Source: Haliotis cracherodii (Eukaryota). From it: a DNA stretch of 64,000 nt. Below, one piece after another: positions 13,048 through 26,811 of this stretch. The stretch spans positions 868,001 through 932,000 of the forward strand of contig NW_027266270.1 of NCBI RefSeq assembly GCF_022045235.1, read 5' to 3'. The first letter of the stretch is position 1. The number at the start of each line of letters is the position of its first letter. Position numbers and translations under genes: made by a program. The notes beneath the pieces were generated by a model. That model was not told the origin of the DNA and searched no databases. It saw nothing but the letters and a program-made list of their open reading frames with translations.

Positions 13048-13719
13048 CTGGATAAATCAAATACAAATCTCTGTGTTCTTTACCATAGACAAAACAAAGA
13101 CAAATCTCTGTATTCTTTACTCTAGAAAATACAAACAATAAATCTATATGTTTATCTAAATAGCTTTTGCCAAGGTTCCGGTGAAACAGTTCCAAATCAG
13201 ACATATTGTACCCAACTCTTTAGACCTACAGTGGGTACCCAGTAGAGGTGTAACAATACAGTGGGGTTGTGTTACGATACGCATCCTGATACTATGGGGT
13301 GATATGATTCGTATCCTGATACAACACTTTTCTTTCACAAGTTGATATTCTTTCTTTCACCACCCTGAATCATTTGTTATTAAATTTCAGAGATCAAAGA
13401 CGGGATAATGTAGGGAAAAAACATATCGGTAGTGGGCACAGTGAATACTGCACTATCTATGTCCAACCAGGAAACTACAGAATCTGTGTAAGCTGCTTGA
13501 ATCATTTCTGTTATTATTCACATGTTTTTACAGCAACATAACTTGTAACGAAATGAATTGTATGTATAGCGATATAGGGATCATATGAATGTGTTGTGTC
13601 GATGGCCTTGTATCGTGATACAAGGCTGTATTGCCATTGGTATCCATGGAGATAGATCCCTGTATAGAAGAAAGGGACATGTCATCAGTCTATTCTTCCA
13701 GTGTCCACAGTCTACCTAC

Positions 13720-13868
13720 ACTGAGATGAGATGGAGGACATGCATGAAGGACTTGGTCCTGATGTCCTCCACGTCTCGCTTCTTCCCCATCCTCGTGAAC
13801 GGCTGGCACGGCGGACTCATCAGCACCGCGTCGATGTTCCACGCTTCAAACTGAGCAACTGTCAGTTT
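13720..13868 (-). CDS. TRDMT1: TRDMT1 exon 3 (catalytic motif IV)
   Basis: KLTVAQFEAWNIDAVLMSPPCQPFTRMGKKRDVEDIRTKSFMHVLHLIS; contains PPCQ; the phase-2 donor GT|GTAGGT is required to join exon 4 in frame. Confidence 0.92.
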
Positions 13869-14677
13869 CTGATGAAATAAAAAGTGTTTCATGAAGGTTA
13901 ATGTGTGTGAGTGAAAGTTGCTGTATTTCTGATTAAATAAAAGTGTTTCATGATTAAATAAATGAAGAACAATGCGAGTGAATGTTGTTTTATGTCACAA
14001 TCAGGAGCAGCCTGTGCAGGATCAAGTCTGGACCAGAGAAACCAACGTCAATCAGGCCCTGGGGACTCCTGAGAACCTTATGTCACTACATCTCAGAGTT
14101 TGTAGATAGTTCTGCTTCAACAAAACAATAACGCTTGCTCTTGTTACATTTTCAGTCAGTTTTATTCAGTTCAAATTTGCAGTAATATTGTAGCATTAAC
14201 AACAGGTTAAGAGTGAGTGAGTGAGTTTAATTCTAATGTCACATCTGCATTATTTCAGCCATATGGCGACAAGAACAAATTAATATATCTACATGCAGGG
14301 TATGTATGTCAACCACACTGAGATTTGTCTCTATACAGTCTGATGGACACTCCCCTTCTTGGGGTATTTGTCTAAATCAGGACTCTGTCCTTCGAACTGG
14401 TTCCCATCACTTGACGTAAGAGCGAAGTCGCTATGGATCACATGGTCAGGCTCAGAGTTCTGGCAGGCATGTCATTGTAAACAGTCGTCCTTGGATGTTG
14501 TCAGATCAAACTTGATTATTTATTTATTTACCATGTTCACAGGCCACCGTGATATACCGTAGTTGGAATACTGCTGAGGCAGCACAAACACACAATATTT
14601 GAGATCATTCAAGATGCAGCCTGACTTTGTTGGATGGTAACTGAACTATCCTGACCTGCAGGCTCAACAATACATAC

Positions 14678-14787
14678 GTCAATGCTGGACGGCAGAAGTC
14701 TGACATCAGGGAAGTTGTGTCTGTAGATCTGATTTGCTGTGGTGTTGATGTCGATGGCTGCAACAACTTCAAAGGACAGCCCACTTT
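14678..14787 (-). CDS. TRDMT1: TRDMT1 exon 2
   Basis: ttttcag acceptor, GTATGT donor; (E)SGLSFEVVAAIDINTTANQIYRHNFPDVRLLPSSID (motifs II-III); phase fits exon 1. Confidence 0.95.
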
Positions 14788-15837
14788 CTGAAACACATGA
14801 GGATGATGAACAATTTTATATACATACAAGCAGGGAGCCCCTCTATAATTATGTTCGCCACTATTTTCATTCGCAGAGCAAGGACTCAGGATAAGGATCA
14901 ACCTTTACCCTAACACAACTAAACCTAAGTATCGTTCGTGAATATGTATTATCTTTCAGAGGCCATATTTTTCTGGTATTATGTATACATACAGAGCTCC
15001 AGATAACTTTTTGAGCAAATGAGTTTTTTTTACTCCTAGGTTTCTATTTTAATTGGGTTATTACATTTTTCAATTGGTAACCCAATATTTTTTCACTCAT
15101 CTATTCATCACTCTATTGAGGTTTTCACAAAATTAGTGAAAATTTTAAGATTTTAAAAATAAAATAATGTTTTAGATTATATGGCTGTTCTTAATAAATA
15201 CATGATAAAGGTTTGACTTGGAAAGTAAATTAGCTCATAATTATGTTTTGGAAATTTGCTCATTTATACACATGTTGAAAGAGCTTCATTGGGTATTTAC
15301 GCAGGCTGTTTTTATACATTTGAGTTTTTCATTTAATGCATGCTTTTCTGTACATGCAAGTTCATTTAAAGTAATTGGATTTTGAAGGGGGGGAAGAGTG
15401 TATTTTACGCAAATACGCTGCTTGTCTGTACATAATACGTTAAACAGATTCTATAATCAGACCATAAGCAGTCCCTGTTTCTAATGTTATTTTTTTTAAA
15501 AACACGTATTCAAATTTACGTTTTTCCTCTTCCCTGTGTTTCGTATAGATCTAGGCCTGAATAAATACCTCAGGTTTATAGCTTTATTTGAAAAATGTTT
15601 CAAATTTATATTTGTACTCTGCTTGTTGCTTGTCATTAGAAGTTCAGACATGGTTTAGTCTCCTGTCTGAAACTAGTACAACCAGCTGTTGTCAAAGTTG
15701 ACGATGTGTGTTGTCACGAAAACAGGTGATTTTTGGCTGTGTCGCGTTGTGATTGAAAAGAACAACATGGAAACAGGTGCTACATATAATGTTACACAAA
15801 CCTTGGCATTTCCATGGTAACTTAAAATACTACCAAC

Positions 15838-15910
15838 CTTGGAGAGCCCAGTGCATGCCTCCAATCCCGCTGTACAGCTCCAACACACGGACCTTCCTGG
15901 GGGCTGCCAT
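15838..15910 (-). CDS. TRDMT1: tRNA (cytosine-38-C5)-methyltransferase DNMT2/TRDMT1, exon 1 of 8
   Basis: ATG at 15910 in AAGATGG context; translates MAAPRKVRVLELYSGIGGMHWALQ (DNMT2 motif I); donor G|GTTGGT, phase 1. Confidence 0.95.
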
Positions 15911-16296
15911 CTTGGAAAGTGACGTCACGACCAAGACAAGTTGCACAGCTAGCGACGTGCCACTAGAAATCTACTCCAAAACTCTGAACTCCTATGGTTT
16001 TCTCTGATACAAATTCGACTTAAACCGCTAAATCTACTTTTGTATATAAAATTCAATAAAGTATACTTATATAATATATTGGCATCTTGCTGGTTACATG
16101 AATATGGGCAATGAATGGTCTAGATGACTAATTTGGTCAAACAACATTAATGTCATTTAGTTAATTGTTTCTGTTAAACTTTAATCTTTCACTTTTTTAA
16201 TCACCCAAAAATGGCGAACCTCTCTTCATGATCGTTTGTGGCCATGTTGCGAAAACGCACCCTGGACATATGCCCCCCGTTTGTTCAATGACGTCA
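15902..16296. promoter_or_regulatory. Putative TRDMT1 proximal promoter elements
   Basis: Perfect CRE palindromes TGACGTCA at 15920-15927 and 16289-16296; YY1-like AAGATGGC over the ATG and AAAATGGCG at about 16208. Motif matches only. Confidence 0.4.
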
Positions 16297-16800
16297 TGTT
16301 ATTCTACTAAGACATAAAGATGACGTGATTGAACAATTTCAAATTAACTGTTATTACACCAGTGAAAATAACATTGTTATGGCACCCGATAACCCAACGA
16401 GGATGTTTGCACAGTTTGTTAACGTGTGCCAGGCAAAACTTGCCATTAGTTGTCATGAATGAAAATGTTCAAATTTATATTATTGGGTTACGAGATGAGG
16501 TAAACAGGTTTTTTGACACGAAAAGCAAGATGTTCTCATCGTGTATTTTCTAACAGATCTCACCGGATTTTGGGAAGCAATGATATCACTGAGGGTTCAG
16601 GTAGTACCGGCATAGACTTGCACAAGTCTCTAAGGCAATAACTATTAGTTTAAATCCTAATTTCTAGATTAGGTAAATAATCAGAACAAGTTGTTCCTGT
16701 ACTGTCCATATCTAGATTTGCATATTAGGAGGACAGAATTACTACACATCCATGAACTTATCTTTCAGTACAGCCTTGGAGCAAGTCTAGTTCCGGCATG

Positions 16801-17070
16801 AGTGAGTGAGTTGGGTTTAACGCCGCATTATTCCAGATATATCGCGGCGTGTCAGCTTAATGTTGGAGGAAAGCCCGAAGTGATGCAGGTCTCAGACGTT
16901 TACCACTTCGGTGAAACCCACGAGCACGGGTATGGTGCTGACAAACCTAGAAACATAATCGATGCGAACCGGGATTCGAACCCACAATCATAGGTTTCTG
17001 GCGTGTCCAAGGGACGCAACTCTGGACAGCGAATCGCCGCGCCTTAGACGACTGGGCCACCCGTGCTCCC
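16801..17070 (-). mobile_element. tRNA-derived SINE, family D (other copies at about 48375-48680 and 55257-55535; degraded at 18556-18790 and 23535-23800)
   Basis: Minus-strand TGGCCCAGTCGTCTAAGG A box, GGTTCGAATCC B box, (cact)n tail; multiple collinear copies. Confidence 0.85.
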
Positions 17071-17249
17071 TGTTCCGACATGAAGTGTTCCGTGTTGTAA
17101 CCCTCGGGTAAATGATATTATTCCCTGCAGTGATGTATCAATTATCATGAAATAAATCAACTATATTCCCTCTGACGTATGTGTACTGTGCATCATCACA
17201 CGTGTTACTTTACTCTCTCAAAGGAGAAGCGTTTGTATGAACAGACATA

Positions 17250-17586
17250 CCGTATTCGACGTAATAAGCGCCTAGGGTCCTCTCAAAATTAGAATAGGGG
17301 GTTCTTATTAGAATATAATTTTGGTGAGATTAAAAATGAGGTTGAAAGATTGTACATTTTGTGGTTTATGCTGACAGCCTGAAATGATATAGATTAAGAT
17401 TCTGTGCATATTATCCATGATAGATATATTTTCGAAAATATAATTGCCCATAATTAAGGGTTCATATAACACACGAGTGCGTATTATACACGAATAAATA
17501 AGTCGGAAAGGGTGCTAACTGGGATTGTTCACTAGGTAATATATATTAGCAAATATTGCCTTGGGCGCTTATTACGTCGAATACGG
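17250..17586. mobile_element. Tc1/mariner-pogo-type MITE (337 bp)
   Basis: Terminal inverted repeats CCGTATTCGACGTAATAAGCGCC, TA on both sides. Confidence 0.9.
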
Positions 17587-19389
17587 TATGCAGCTTTCAT
17601 TACTCGCTGCCTAACACTAAGAATTCAACTGTGGAGATATGATGAAACAAAATGGAGCACCTGCTACATGACGCTAACGCCGATATTCTATCAGCTGTCG
17701 ATGACCACGTGTCACTGGCTAAAGTACAGTATAATCTCATATAATCTGTTCGTAGTTCCAGTTATACATAGAGCTTGTAATAACGTTCTGATAAACTATT
17801 TCATACCCGGATGTTGAGGGGGTCTCTTCCATCGCCAAATAACAAAATACACCCTCCTTTACCCAAGCAGCTTACCCGCGCTTCACTCTGCAGCTGGCTT
17901 CACAACCTCAAGTAGTTTATAGTTTATAATCCCCAAATAACCTGTTATAGAAAATGTTGTCACTTAAACCTTCAGGTATCACCAGTACTTCATCTATTTT
18001 CCAACTATGAAGTTCCACTTTATAGCCGGTTGATTAACTGTTGACATCACAGCTGTCTTATCTATTAATAATCGTCATTAAGTTGGCGACGTGATCGACA
18101 AATACTCCATCATCGTCAGCATTATTGCCACACGGGACCACAGCGAGGGTAACCGGTCCATAATTCATTTATTTAGTTTCGCTAACTTTTGACACGATCA
18201 ATAACTAATTAACGTTATCTCTTGCAGAAAAAGGGGACATAATTGCGTCATGGTCGCCATGGATCCGTTGGCTGAACAACGAGGTAATCGTTATTTATGG
18301 TTTTTTTATAGTCCTGGAAAACGGCTTTAGTCAAGTTAAGGTGGTTGGAAACTTGTATGTACAGCGCAGGGCTGAACGCGCACAGTGACATTACCTATTA
18401 TTGACCGGGTAGGAATTGATGGTTAATTCAAACTTGATTCTCAGACCATTTGGAGCAGACAACCCATGTTTTGACGTTAGCCTTTCAGGTTTGATATGCA
18501 GGTTTAAGAGTAGAGACGACAAATCTGTGTCATTCGTAAACTCACCAATTATAGCGTCAGTGGGTTACATCGCTTATAACAGTATTCCAGTTATATCACG
18601 GCGTGTCAGATTGATGTGGGAGGAAAGTCCGAAGTGATGCAGGTCTTGGACGTTCCCCACATTGGGGAAAACCTCAAGCGCGAATATACCCAAACATACC
18701 CAAGGCGAATCTTGGATCCGTGACGCGGCTAAGGGAGGCAACTCTGCAAGTAAACAACGCCACCTTCGACTACTAGGTCAGCGTGTCGCCTTAAAAGGAA
18801 GCGGGGATATTAGTCCGGGAGATTGGTTGCTGCCAGATATAAACTGACGTGATGGATGGCACGACACATGGCGGTGTAGAAACCCTTAATCATAATTCTC
18901 CACGAAGACGCGTCTGCCAAGTGTGTACACATTCCCTGTCGGAGGCCTGTGTATGACAGCGGCCTTTGACAGAGTACAGTGGTGGATATTATGAGCAACA
19001 TCCCGCATCGTCACCGAGTCTGAGACCCCATTAATGTTGTCATGTTGTACGGCAAGCGTCTAGGTTGCAAAGCCCCAATCTCTATGGGGAGAAATTTACT
19101 GTGAAATTACATGTTTGTCAGCGAGTCTGACCACCCGATCCGGTTAGTCGTCTCTTACGACAAGCATAGTCGCCTTTTTACGGCAAGCAGGGTTTGCTGA
19201 AGACTCTGAATTTCACGGGTAGTAAAATTGCATGTACAGGGCTGGGCACTCCACACACTGGGACATCACTTATTTTCATCAGAATTCTCAAGCAAGACGC
19301 ATTCAGGAAGATTTTACATAGCGCCAAAGTCGGGGGTAGGACAGTCTGACATGGGGGAATGTGGGGGAGGCTCCTCCTACCCACAAGAA

Positions 19390-19550
19390 GGGCGGTCGGG
19401 TAGCCTAGTGGTTAAAGCGTTCGCTCGTCACGCCGAAGACCCGGGTTCGATTCCCGACATGGGTACCATGTGTGAAGCCCATTTCTGGTGTCCCCCGCCG
19501 TGATATTGCTGGAATATTGCTAAAAGCGGCGTAAAACCATACTCACTCAC
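19390..19550 (+). mobile_element. Short tRNA-derived SINE, family A (other copies at about 21-178 +, 12215-12395 +, 22107-22235 -)
   Basis: TAGCCTAGTGG A box, GGTTCGATTCC B box, (cact)n tail, near-perfect TSD ctcctacccacRag. Confidence 0.88.
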
Positions 19551-20224
19551 TCCTACCCACGAGTCGTGGTAGTTGTAACGTTATATTTTTAATATCAGAA
19601 GCACGGTGTCATTTTTGTCACTGACTTCCATGTTCAGAAAGGCGATGTACGATGATTATAAGGGCGCATCAAATGAATAAAAAACCAGTGATTTCATCAC
19701 ATTGTAGTTGATGAACCAGACATTGTTAAAAAACAAAGAGTTAATTCACTGTAAAACAAAAAGTTTTACTTCTTAACACCAGACAGGACACATGGATGTA
19801 ACACTTTCAGGCGGGGACTCTGGATCCGCCTGTGTATAATCCTAGTATCTTCCCAAGTATGCATAAATGTGATGGAAGGACCAGTGTTTCACCACAGAAG
19901 ACAAGTATGCTCATGGAAACTACAAAACGGGATCTGATGAACATGGATTGAAATATCAACGGTCATGAACAGGTTGCGTCCCGTGGAAGGACTGATGTAA
20001 CACTCCAGTGATGCAGGTCAGCTGGCAGACATGACGTGGACCAATCACTAGACGTGGGCATGAGATCATCAGCCACATGTTGGGGTGAGTTCCACAACCT
20101 AAACTGAAGTAGCCTAACTGCGAGTTCATTTTCATGGTATTCCGTGTGTTGACACATTATCGGCCTGTAGAAGGATAGCCACTTTAACTACCCAACCTGG
20201 TGGGTGCTTTTCTGCGACCTGTAT

Positions 20225-20496
20225 GTTGGTTGGTTGGTTGTTTTACGCCGCACTCAGCAATATTCCAGCTATATGACGGCGATCTGTAAACAATCGGGTC
20301 TGGACCAGACAATCCAGTGATTGATATCATGAGCATCGATCCACGCAATTGGGATTGATGACATTCTTCAACCAAGTCAGCGAGCCTGACCACCCATGCA
20401 ATTCCGTAAATCGCCTCTGACGTCAAGCCTAGTCGCCTTTTACGGCAAGCATGGGTTGCTGAAAACCTATTCTACCCCGGATCTTAACGGGTCACG
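20225..20496 (-). mobile_element. SINE-like interspersed repeat, family C (other copies at about 37765-37992, 21455-21700, 24200-24390, 19115-19220, 22315-22608)
   Basis: Recurrent block catgcttg..aaggcgactaacgggatcgggtggtcaggctcgctgacttggttg...gctggaatattgctgagtgcggcgt. Confidence 0.8.
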
Positions 20497-20634
20497 AGCT
20501 GTATGTACATCTAGGGGGTCTCTATAGAGAAATCCAAGTTTGATGACATAATGTTCATGCGTCTTTACTGCTATTAAGTTTGAATGAAAGTTGTACCAAT
20601 TTGAAAGTCTTTCTTTGGAAAGATTGTAACTGAA

Positions 20635-21320
20635 ATGCCTAAGCGTACTTTCCCAGAAAATCAAAGATGGCAAATCAATGACATGCGCCAAACTGGCAGG
20701 TCATGTCGGGCTATTGAACACTGAACATTAATCATACTGTAACCAGTCGACTCATTAGAGAACACACACTGACTGGACATGTGGCGGACTTGCCGAGATC
20801 AGGACGTCCACGGAGGACCAGTGCCAGGGAGGACAGGGTCCTTGTACGCTGTTCTTCGTCATCACCGGCATACCCATAACAGTGTCCCTTAGCGCCACCT
20901 GGCGTCGACTGAAGGCAGCACGAAGGGCCAGAAGACCAACAAGACGTCCACACCTCTCCCTCCAACACCTCTCCCCCCAACACACGCAGGGCCGGGTAGC
21001 CTGGTGTCAGGTCGAGCACACTGGAACTTGAGGTCATGGAGTTGACGAGAGTTAGTTGTACAGCACCAACATCCAGGAAACAGTGGGATGTGGTGGCGGT
21101 CCAGTGATGGTATGGGAATATTGCTCCTTTGATTGTAAACTTGATTTGGCCACCACAGTTCAGGGAACATTAAATTGACAGAGGTACCAATATATCGCAT
21201 TGGAGGTTTTGTTGTGCCTCATTTTTAATAACCATGCACTTGCTACACGTCCTGTCTTCATGGACGACAATGCCAGACCCCAACGAACACGAGCTGTGAC
21301 TGACCATCTCCAGAGTAACG
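20635..21320 (+). pseudogene. Fossil Tc1-like transposase
   Basis: Fragments MPKRTFPENQRWQINDMRQTGRSCRAI (HTH), RSGRPRRTSAREDR, GGGPVMVW and VFMDDNARP; frameshifted. Confidence 0.8.
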
Positions 21321-24300
21321 CCACTCACCCACTCACTCACTCACTGATATAGACTCACGCTGTCGATCATTTAACTGTGGCATGGGTACAACGTCACTAA
21401 GAAATGTCCGCGTTGATCTGTCCATCTCATTCCTGACAGTTACCATACTTATACTGGTTGGTTTGTTGGTTGTTTCACGCCACAGTCAACAATATTCCAG
21501 CTATATGACGGCGGACTGTAAATAATCGAGTTTGGACCAGACAATCCAGAGATCCAGATCGTGAGCATCGATCCACGCAATTGCGATCGATGACATGTTT
21601 CAACCAAGTCAGCGAGCCTGACCACCCGATCCCTTTAGTCGCCTTTGTCGCCGTAAAAGGCGACTATGCTTGTCGTAAGAGGCGACAGACGGGATCCCTA
21701 ATTACAGTCCTTGTTGTCGCTGGCGAATAAATTTACTCATTTTCTTTGCAAATGTTCACTTTCCCTATTATTAACATCTTATTTGACTTAACCAGTACCA
21801 TCTTTGATTGCCTGAAAACCCAGGCTGTTAAGAAACATTCCACTGTTCCCCACCCCCTTGCGGACATACATGGTGCGACTAACAAAAATCCCAATTTTGA
21901 TCATACTTTGTCATTAATCTGAGGGGGTTGAGGGTTGTCGGATGGTTAAAGTGTTTAAAGAAACACATACTCTACTGTGATGGGTCAGCAATGTTAAAAG
22001 TGCTATTAAGACAGACCCTATTACCATTTTATTAAACTGCATCATAATTACTGAATATTTTTTTTGGAAAACATTTATAGTGAGTGAATGAAGTTTAATG
22101 CCTTTGAGTGAGTGAGTGAATATGGTTTTAAGCCGCTTTTAGCAATATTCCAGCAATATCACGGCGGGCTTCACACATTGTACCCATGTCGGGAATCGAA
22201 CATGGGTCTTCGGAGTGACGAGTGACTAGGCTACCTGCTTGGTCCCCTGAAGATATCAATGCTTGGTCCCCTGGAGATATCAAGGTGGTACCCTGGACTC
22301 GAATCTCCCGCCGAAAGAGGCGACTAACGGGATCGGATGGTCGGGGTGGCTGACTTGGTTGATGCATCTCATCAATCAAAATTGGCACAACTTTCATTCA
22401 AACTTAATAGCAGTTAAGACGCATGAACATTATGTCATCAAACTTGGATTTCTCTATAGAGACCCCCTAGATGTATATACAGCTCGCGACCTGTGAAGAT
22501 CCGGGGTAGAATATGTCTTCACTAACCCATGCTTGCCGTAAAAGGCGACTATGCTTGACGTCAGAGGCGATTAACGGAATTGGGTGGTCAGGGTCGCAGA
22601 CTTGGTTGTCTACAACAAACCAATCCCCTCTATACCAACACAACAATGGTATTTTGCATCTGTGATAAAATAAACACATAAAGGGACATTGCATAAAAAG
22701 TTTATTTCCTTATGTTTGTGATCACTGGAGAATAATGATTTACAGTGTGGGCACTGCATAAATATACAACGTATGATACAGTGAATCGAGCCGACAACAC
22801 TGCTGACAGACAGACAGATAGACAGACAGACACGGAGAAGGACACTGGTCAACATTATGCAAAGCTGGCAAATCAAAATACCGTTACCACGGGAACTGTA
22901 CACAAATAGTGGTGAAGAATACAGTATGACCTAACCATGTTATTCAAGTCTGCTTCAGAGCCTGGATTGCTAATGGTTGCTATTTCTGTATTCTTACCAA
23001 AATTAGCAAAAATTACCTCATGGTGTCACATTTCTTTTAAACCCTCAGCATCTTTATCAAGCAAGTGTCAAATCAGCCTTGGATAAATATACATGATACA
23101 AGACTATTTATATTCAAATGCATCAATTGTTCTTGGCAAGACACCTGAAACATCAAACTATTGCTAATTCATATGTGGGAGCACTGAGTAATATCAGCAC
23201 CAACTTTGATAGAGTACTTCTGTGGAATACGTATTTGAAGTACTCACCGAAAAATAGGTCTGATTGGAAACAATAATTTTTTACGTTACCATGTACCCTG
23301 GTAGAAAGCTGTTTTCCTCACAACCACAGTAACGGGTTCTGAATGCCACAGCAGCTACAGTCCATCTCAGCAGCAGACAAGCTGAATATGCTGGCAGTGT
23401 GGAAGTGTTGTCAGGATAATTGTATCAGCAAATCTAAATGTTGACTACAACACGTGCAGACCATTCCACAATTACATTATGGAACCTTGAGTTCTGCATA
23501 AAATCTTTACAGTGTACCAGTTGGAGTTACTTGAGATTGGGATTAATGCCTCTTTGAACAATACTCAGTAATATCACTGGCTGGTGGCCTAATGTGGGAG
23601 AAAAGCTAAAAGTGATGCAGGTATTAGACATTCCCCACTGAGCTGACCACATGTACACACAGAGCCAAATAACTAAAGACCATATTCAGAGCAAATCTGG
23701 AGTTCCGACCCACAATCATAGGATCCTCATATTCCTAAGGGATGTAACTCTGTACAAAGAAATGCAGCACCTTAGATGACTGTGCTAACAGGTGTCCCCA
23801 GTCAACACCTTAACAACCGAGAACTGTACCCATAAAATACTGAGTCCTAAGGGTTGATACCAGAGGAAAGGTGTCAGCAAGCAGAGGAACTAGACATGTT
23901 ACACAAACTGAACACTTGAGTTTCGTTCCCTTAAGTACAAGAGTCCTACTACTCCTGGCATTGCTTCCTACCAGGGCACCTTACTGCATCAGGCAACTGA
24001 ACTTCTGTTACAAAGGTTTTCCTCACATATTCTTTAACCGAAGGAAAATCAATGACAAACCTTCTCCACAATGATATCTTAGTCTGTAACACGAGTGAGT
24101 GAGTTAGGTGGATATGTCAGTGGGTCCTGTCAGCTAAGGGAGGCAACTCTGCATTTGGAGACCACCTTGGCTTTCAAATAGGCGATTCCAACAACTAAAT
24201 CCTTAACGCACTCAGCAGTATTCCAGCTATATGACAGTGGTCTGTGAATAATTGAGTCTGGACCAGACAATCCAGTGATCAGCATCATGAGCATCAATCA

Positions 24301-25254
24301 TTATAATTGGGATACGATGACAAGCATTAACCAAGCCAACGAGCCTGATCACCCGATCCTGTTAGTCGCCTCTTACGACAAGCATAGTCGACTCTAACAA
24401 GAAGAAATCCTTAACACTAACATAGAAAGATATTGCTTTTAAGCAATGATTAAAAAATTCTGCAACTAATATTATTTTCATAAGTGTGAAAAAGATTGTC
24501 TGAGGTTCAAATGTTTTATTTTACTTAAGTCAGTAATTATTTACTTAGTCCAAAACTGCTTTAAGAAGGACAGTGGTTGATAATTATAACAAATATATAA
24601 CTATTAGGTTAATCATTACACTAAATAAACCAATAGTCTTTTCCGATCTTTCCTGTCATTAAAAAATAAATGTTGGAAAGGAGACAAGAAGCTTCCAATG
24701 AGCTGACCCCTGACCCCTGACTGGCTATGTACAACTGTCATAAGGGGAGGTAATACTGTGTCTTCGTGAATGACCCACCTCTAACAAGGAATAACACACA
24801 AGCACATTCAGGCAATTCTTGACATCACAAACATACCATCAACCGTGTTAAGTGATCACACTTTCTCCATTCTCAATTTGAGGGACCAGATTCTATTCAC
24901 CATTTCCTGGCTATCCAATGCATTATTCACAATGGTGTTGTCACATTGAACATCGCCACACTGCCAACAAACATGGATCTATCACAAGGGAAGACAATCC
25001 ATGTTATGCCAATCTGAAGAACGTGATGCAAAACAATAATAACCCCGATATATATGCTACAAGGTGTGCCATGGTTTGCAGGGCGTTGTAACCAGGCATT
25101 TCAGCAGCTTTGGTCATTGATATAAAACCAGCTAAAACATAACACTTTACAACTTTTCCACGACTATGAAGCACAAACTGTGCAAACCTAAACAACAAAG
25201 ATTCCATAATACTTCCTCAATTATTATTATTATTATTATTAACAGTCACAAATA

Positions 25255-25384
25255 TACTACTCAAAAGAAGTCAAAGAACATCTAATAAATTCATATTACT
25301 ATGGTTAATCTGTCATTGTATGACACCCGATTAACTATAGCAACATGAAAGAATTGGGTGTTCCTTAAATTCTTTTGAGTAGTA
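25255..25384. mobile_element. Mini-MITE (about 130 bp)
   Basis: TIRs tactactcaaaagaa / ttcttttgagtagta flanked by TA. Confidence 0.7.
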
Positions 25385-26811
25385 TACAACATACTTCTTA
25401 CCCAATCTCAGAACCAGTTGGAAACCATACAGAATAGACATTCCTCATACATAATGATACAATCTATTATCTATCAAGAAAACTCTAAAATGGCAGAAAA
25501 ATCAAAATGAACAAAATTGAAGCTGGCTGTTTGTTTAAAGGAAGTGTTTCACTGGTTTTCACAACTGAAATATGTCACATTGACTGTTTCAGGCACATAC
25601 TTATCCTATGGCAATTGTCAGAGTATTTCAAGGGCAATGGCATAATACAAAAGACAAAATATGAAAATCTTTTTAGCTTAATATTTAACAATAAGGTGCG
25701 GCAGAAGTTAGTATAGCATCATATGATCCTGGCCCACCTAAGGGACACAACTCTGCACAGCAAACTGTGTTTCCTTAGACAAGTGGGCCCCATTTCTGTT
25801 CTACTTACAACTACATCAGCACTTAATAACATGGAGGTAGAATGATGTTAATGTAAGTGTATTCATGTAGAAATCTTGCTACAAATGCCTGTTTAAGCCC
25901 CGCCAGTGGGCACACATTGCTCTGTGCACGATGACCTCACATGGAAACAAGGAACTAAAAGCTAACAGTCCCGCCTAAGTCCGAAGCTAGGCAACGTAAC
26001 ACACAATAACCAGGAGAAACAGACAGACAGTGTGTAAACCCAAACATCGACCACACAGAGATCAAGTATTCACATGAAGCACATCAAACTGGAAACATTA
26101 AATATGCAGAACGTTTCTTGTCAGAACTAACAGCTGGACACAGACAGGAACACAGCAACAAGCTGGACAAGATGTGTTCAAAGAGCTGGAGTATAACAAT
26201 CTTCAAAATAACATCCTACTTATCAGGATTCTTTCCAAATTTGGGTTTGAACTACAAAAATAGTTGATTCAGATTTGCATCCAACATATATTAGTTGGTA
26301 CACGTCCCTCCTCTTGCAATGAAGTCATCAAAGTGACCTTAAGATTCTTATTATGTCTCCATCGACCAGGCAGTTGAACCGGACTTGTCTAATGGTGACA
26401 TTAACGACATTAATCACATGGCATGTTATAGTCCCCCGAGTCCTGATAGTGTGTTCGTATGCATGTTCACATGCACAGTTCAGTGCTACGGTACTCCTAC
26501 ATAGATTAATGACAGTCATTGCATCTTATTGCTCTGTGCAGAGTTACCTGATCAACTTCAACTTCAGTTATGTTCCTTTTAAAATACCAAGGTGAATACA
26601 TGAGTCACAAGTCTTGATACAATATATATAAACAGCAACTGTGTCTTGGTGGAACTGCCTTCTGTAAATACATGGTTACCCGGTCAGTGTAACTGTTAAC
26701 ACTTCACCTGCTAATAATACATGTGATACTTCAGTACTTTAGGTGTACTCATATAAGGGTGTGGGTGGGGAGGTATGTGTCAATAAGATTCATGGGTGTG
26801 TGTGTGTATGC

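Noticed and set aside
19390-19465. tRNA genes here, at 61486 and in family D heads
   Set aside because: A/B boxes are present but continue into repeated bodies with tails and TSDs, so these are SINE heads rather than tRNAs
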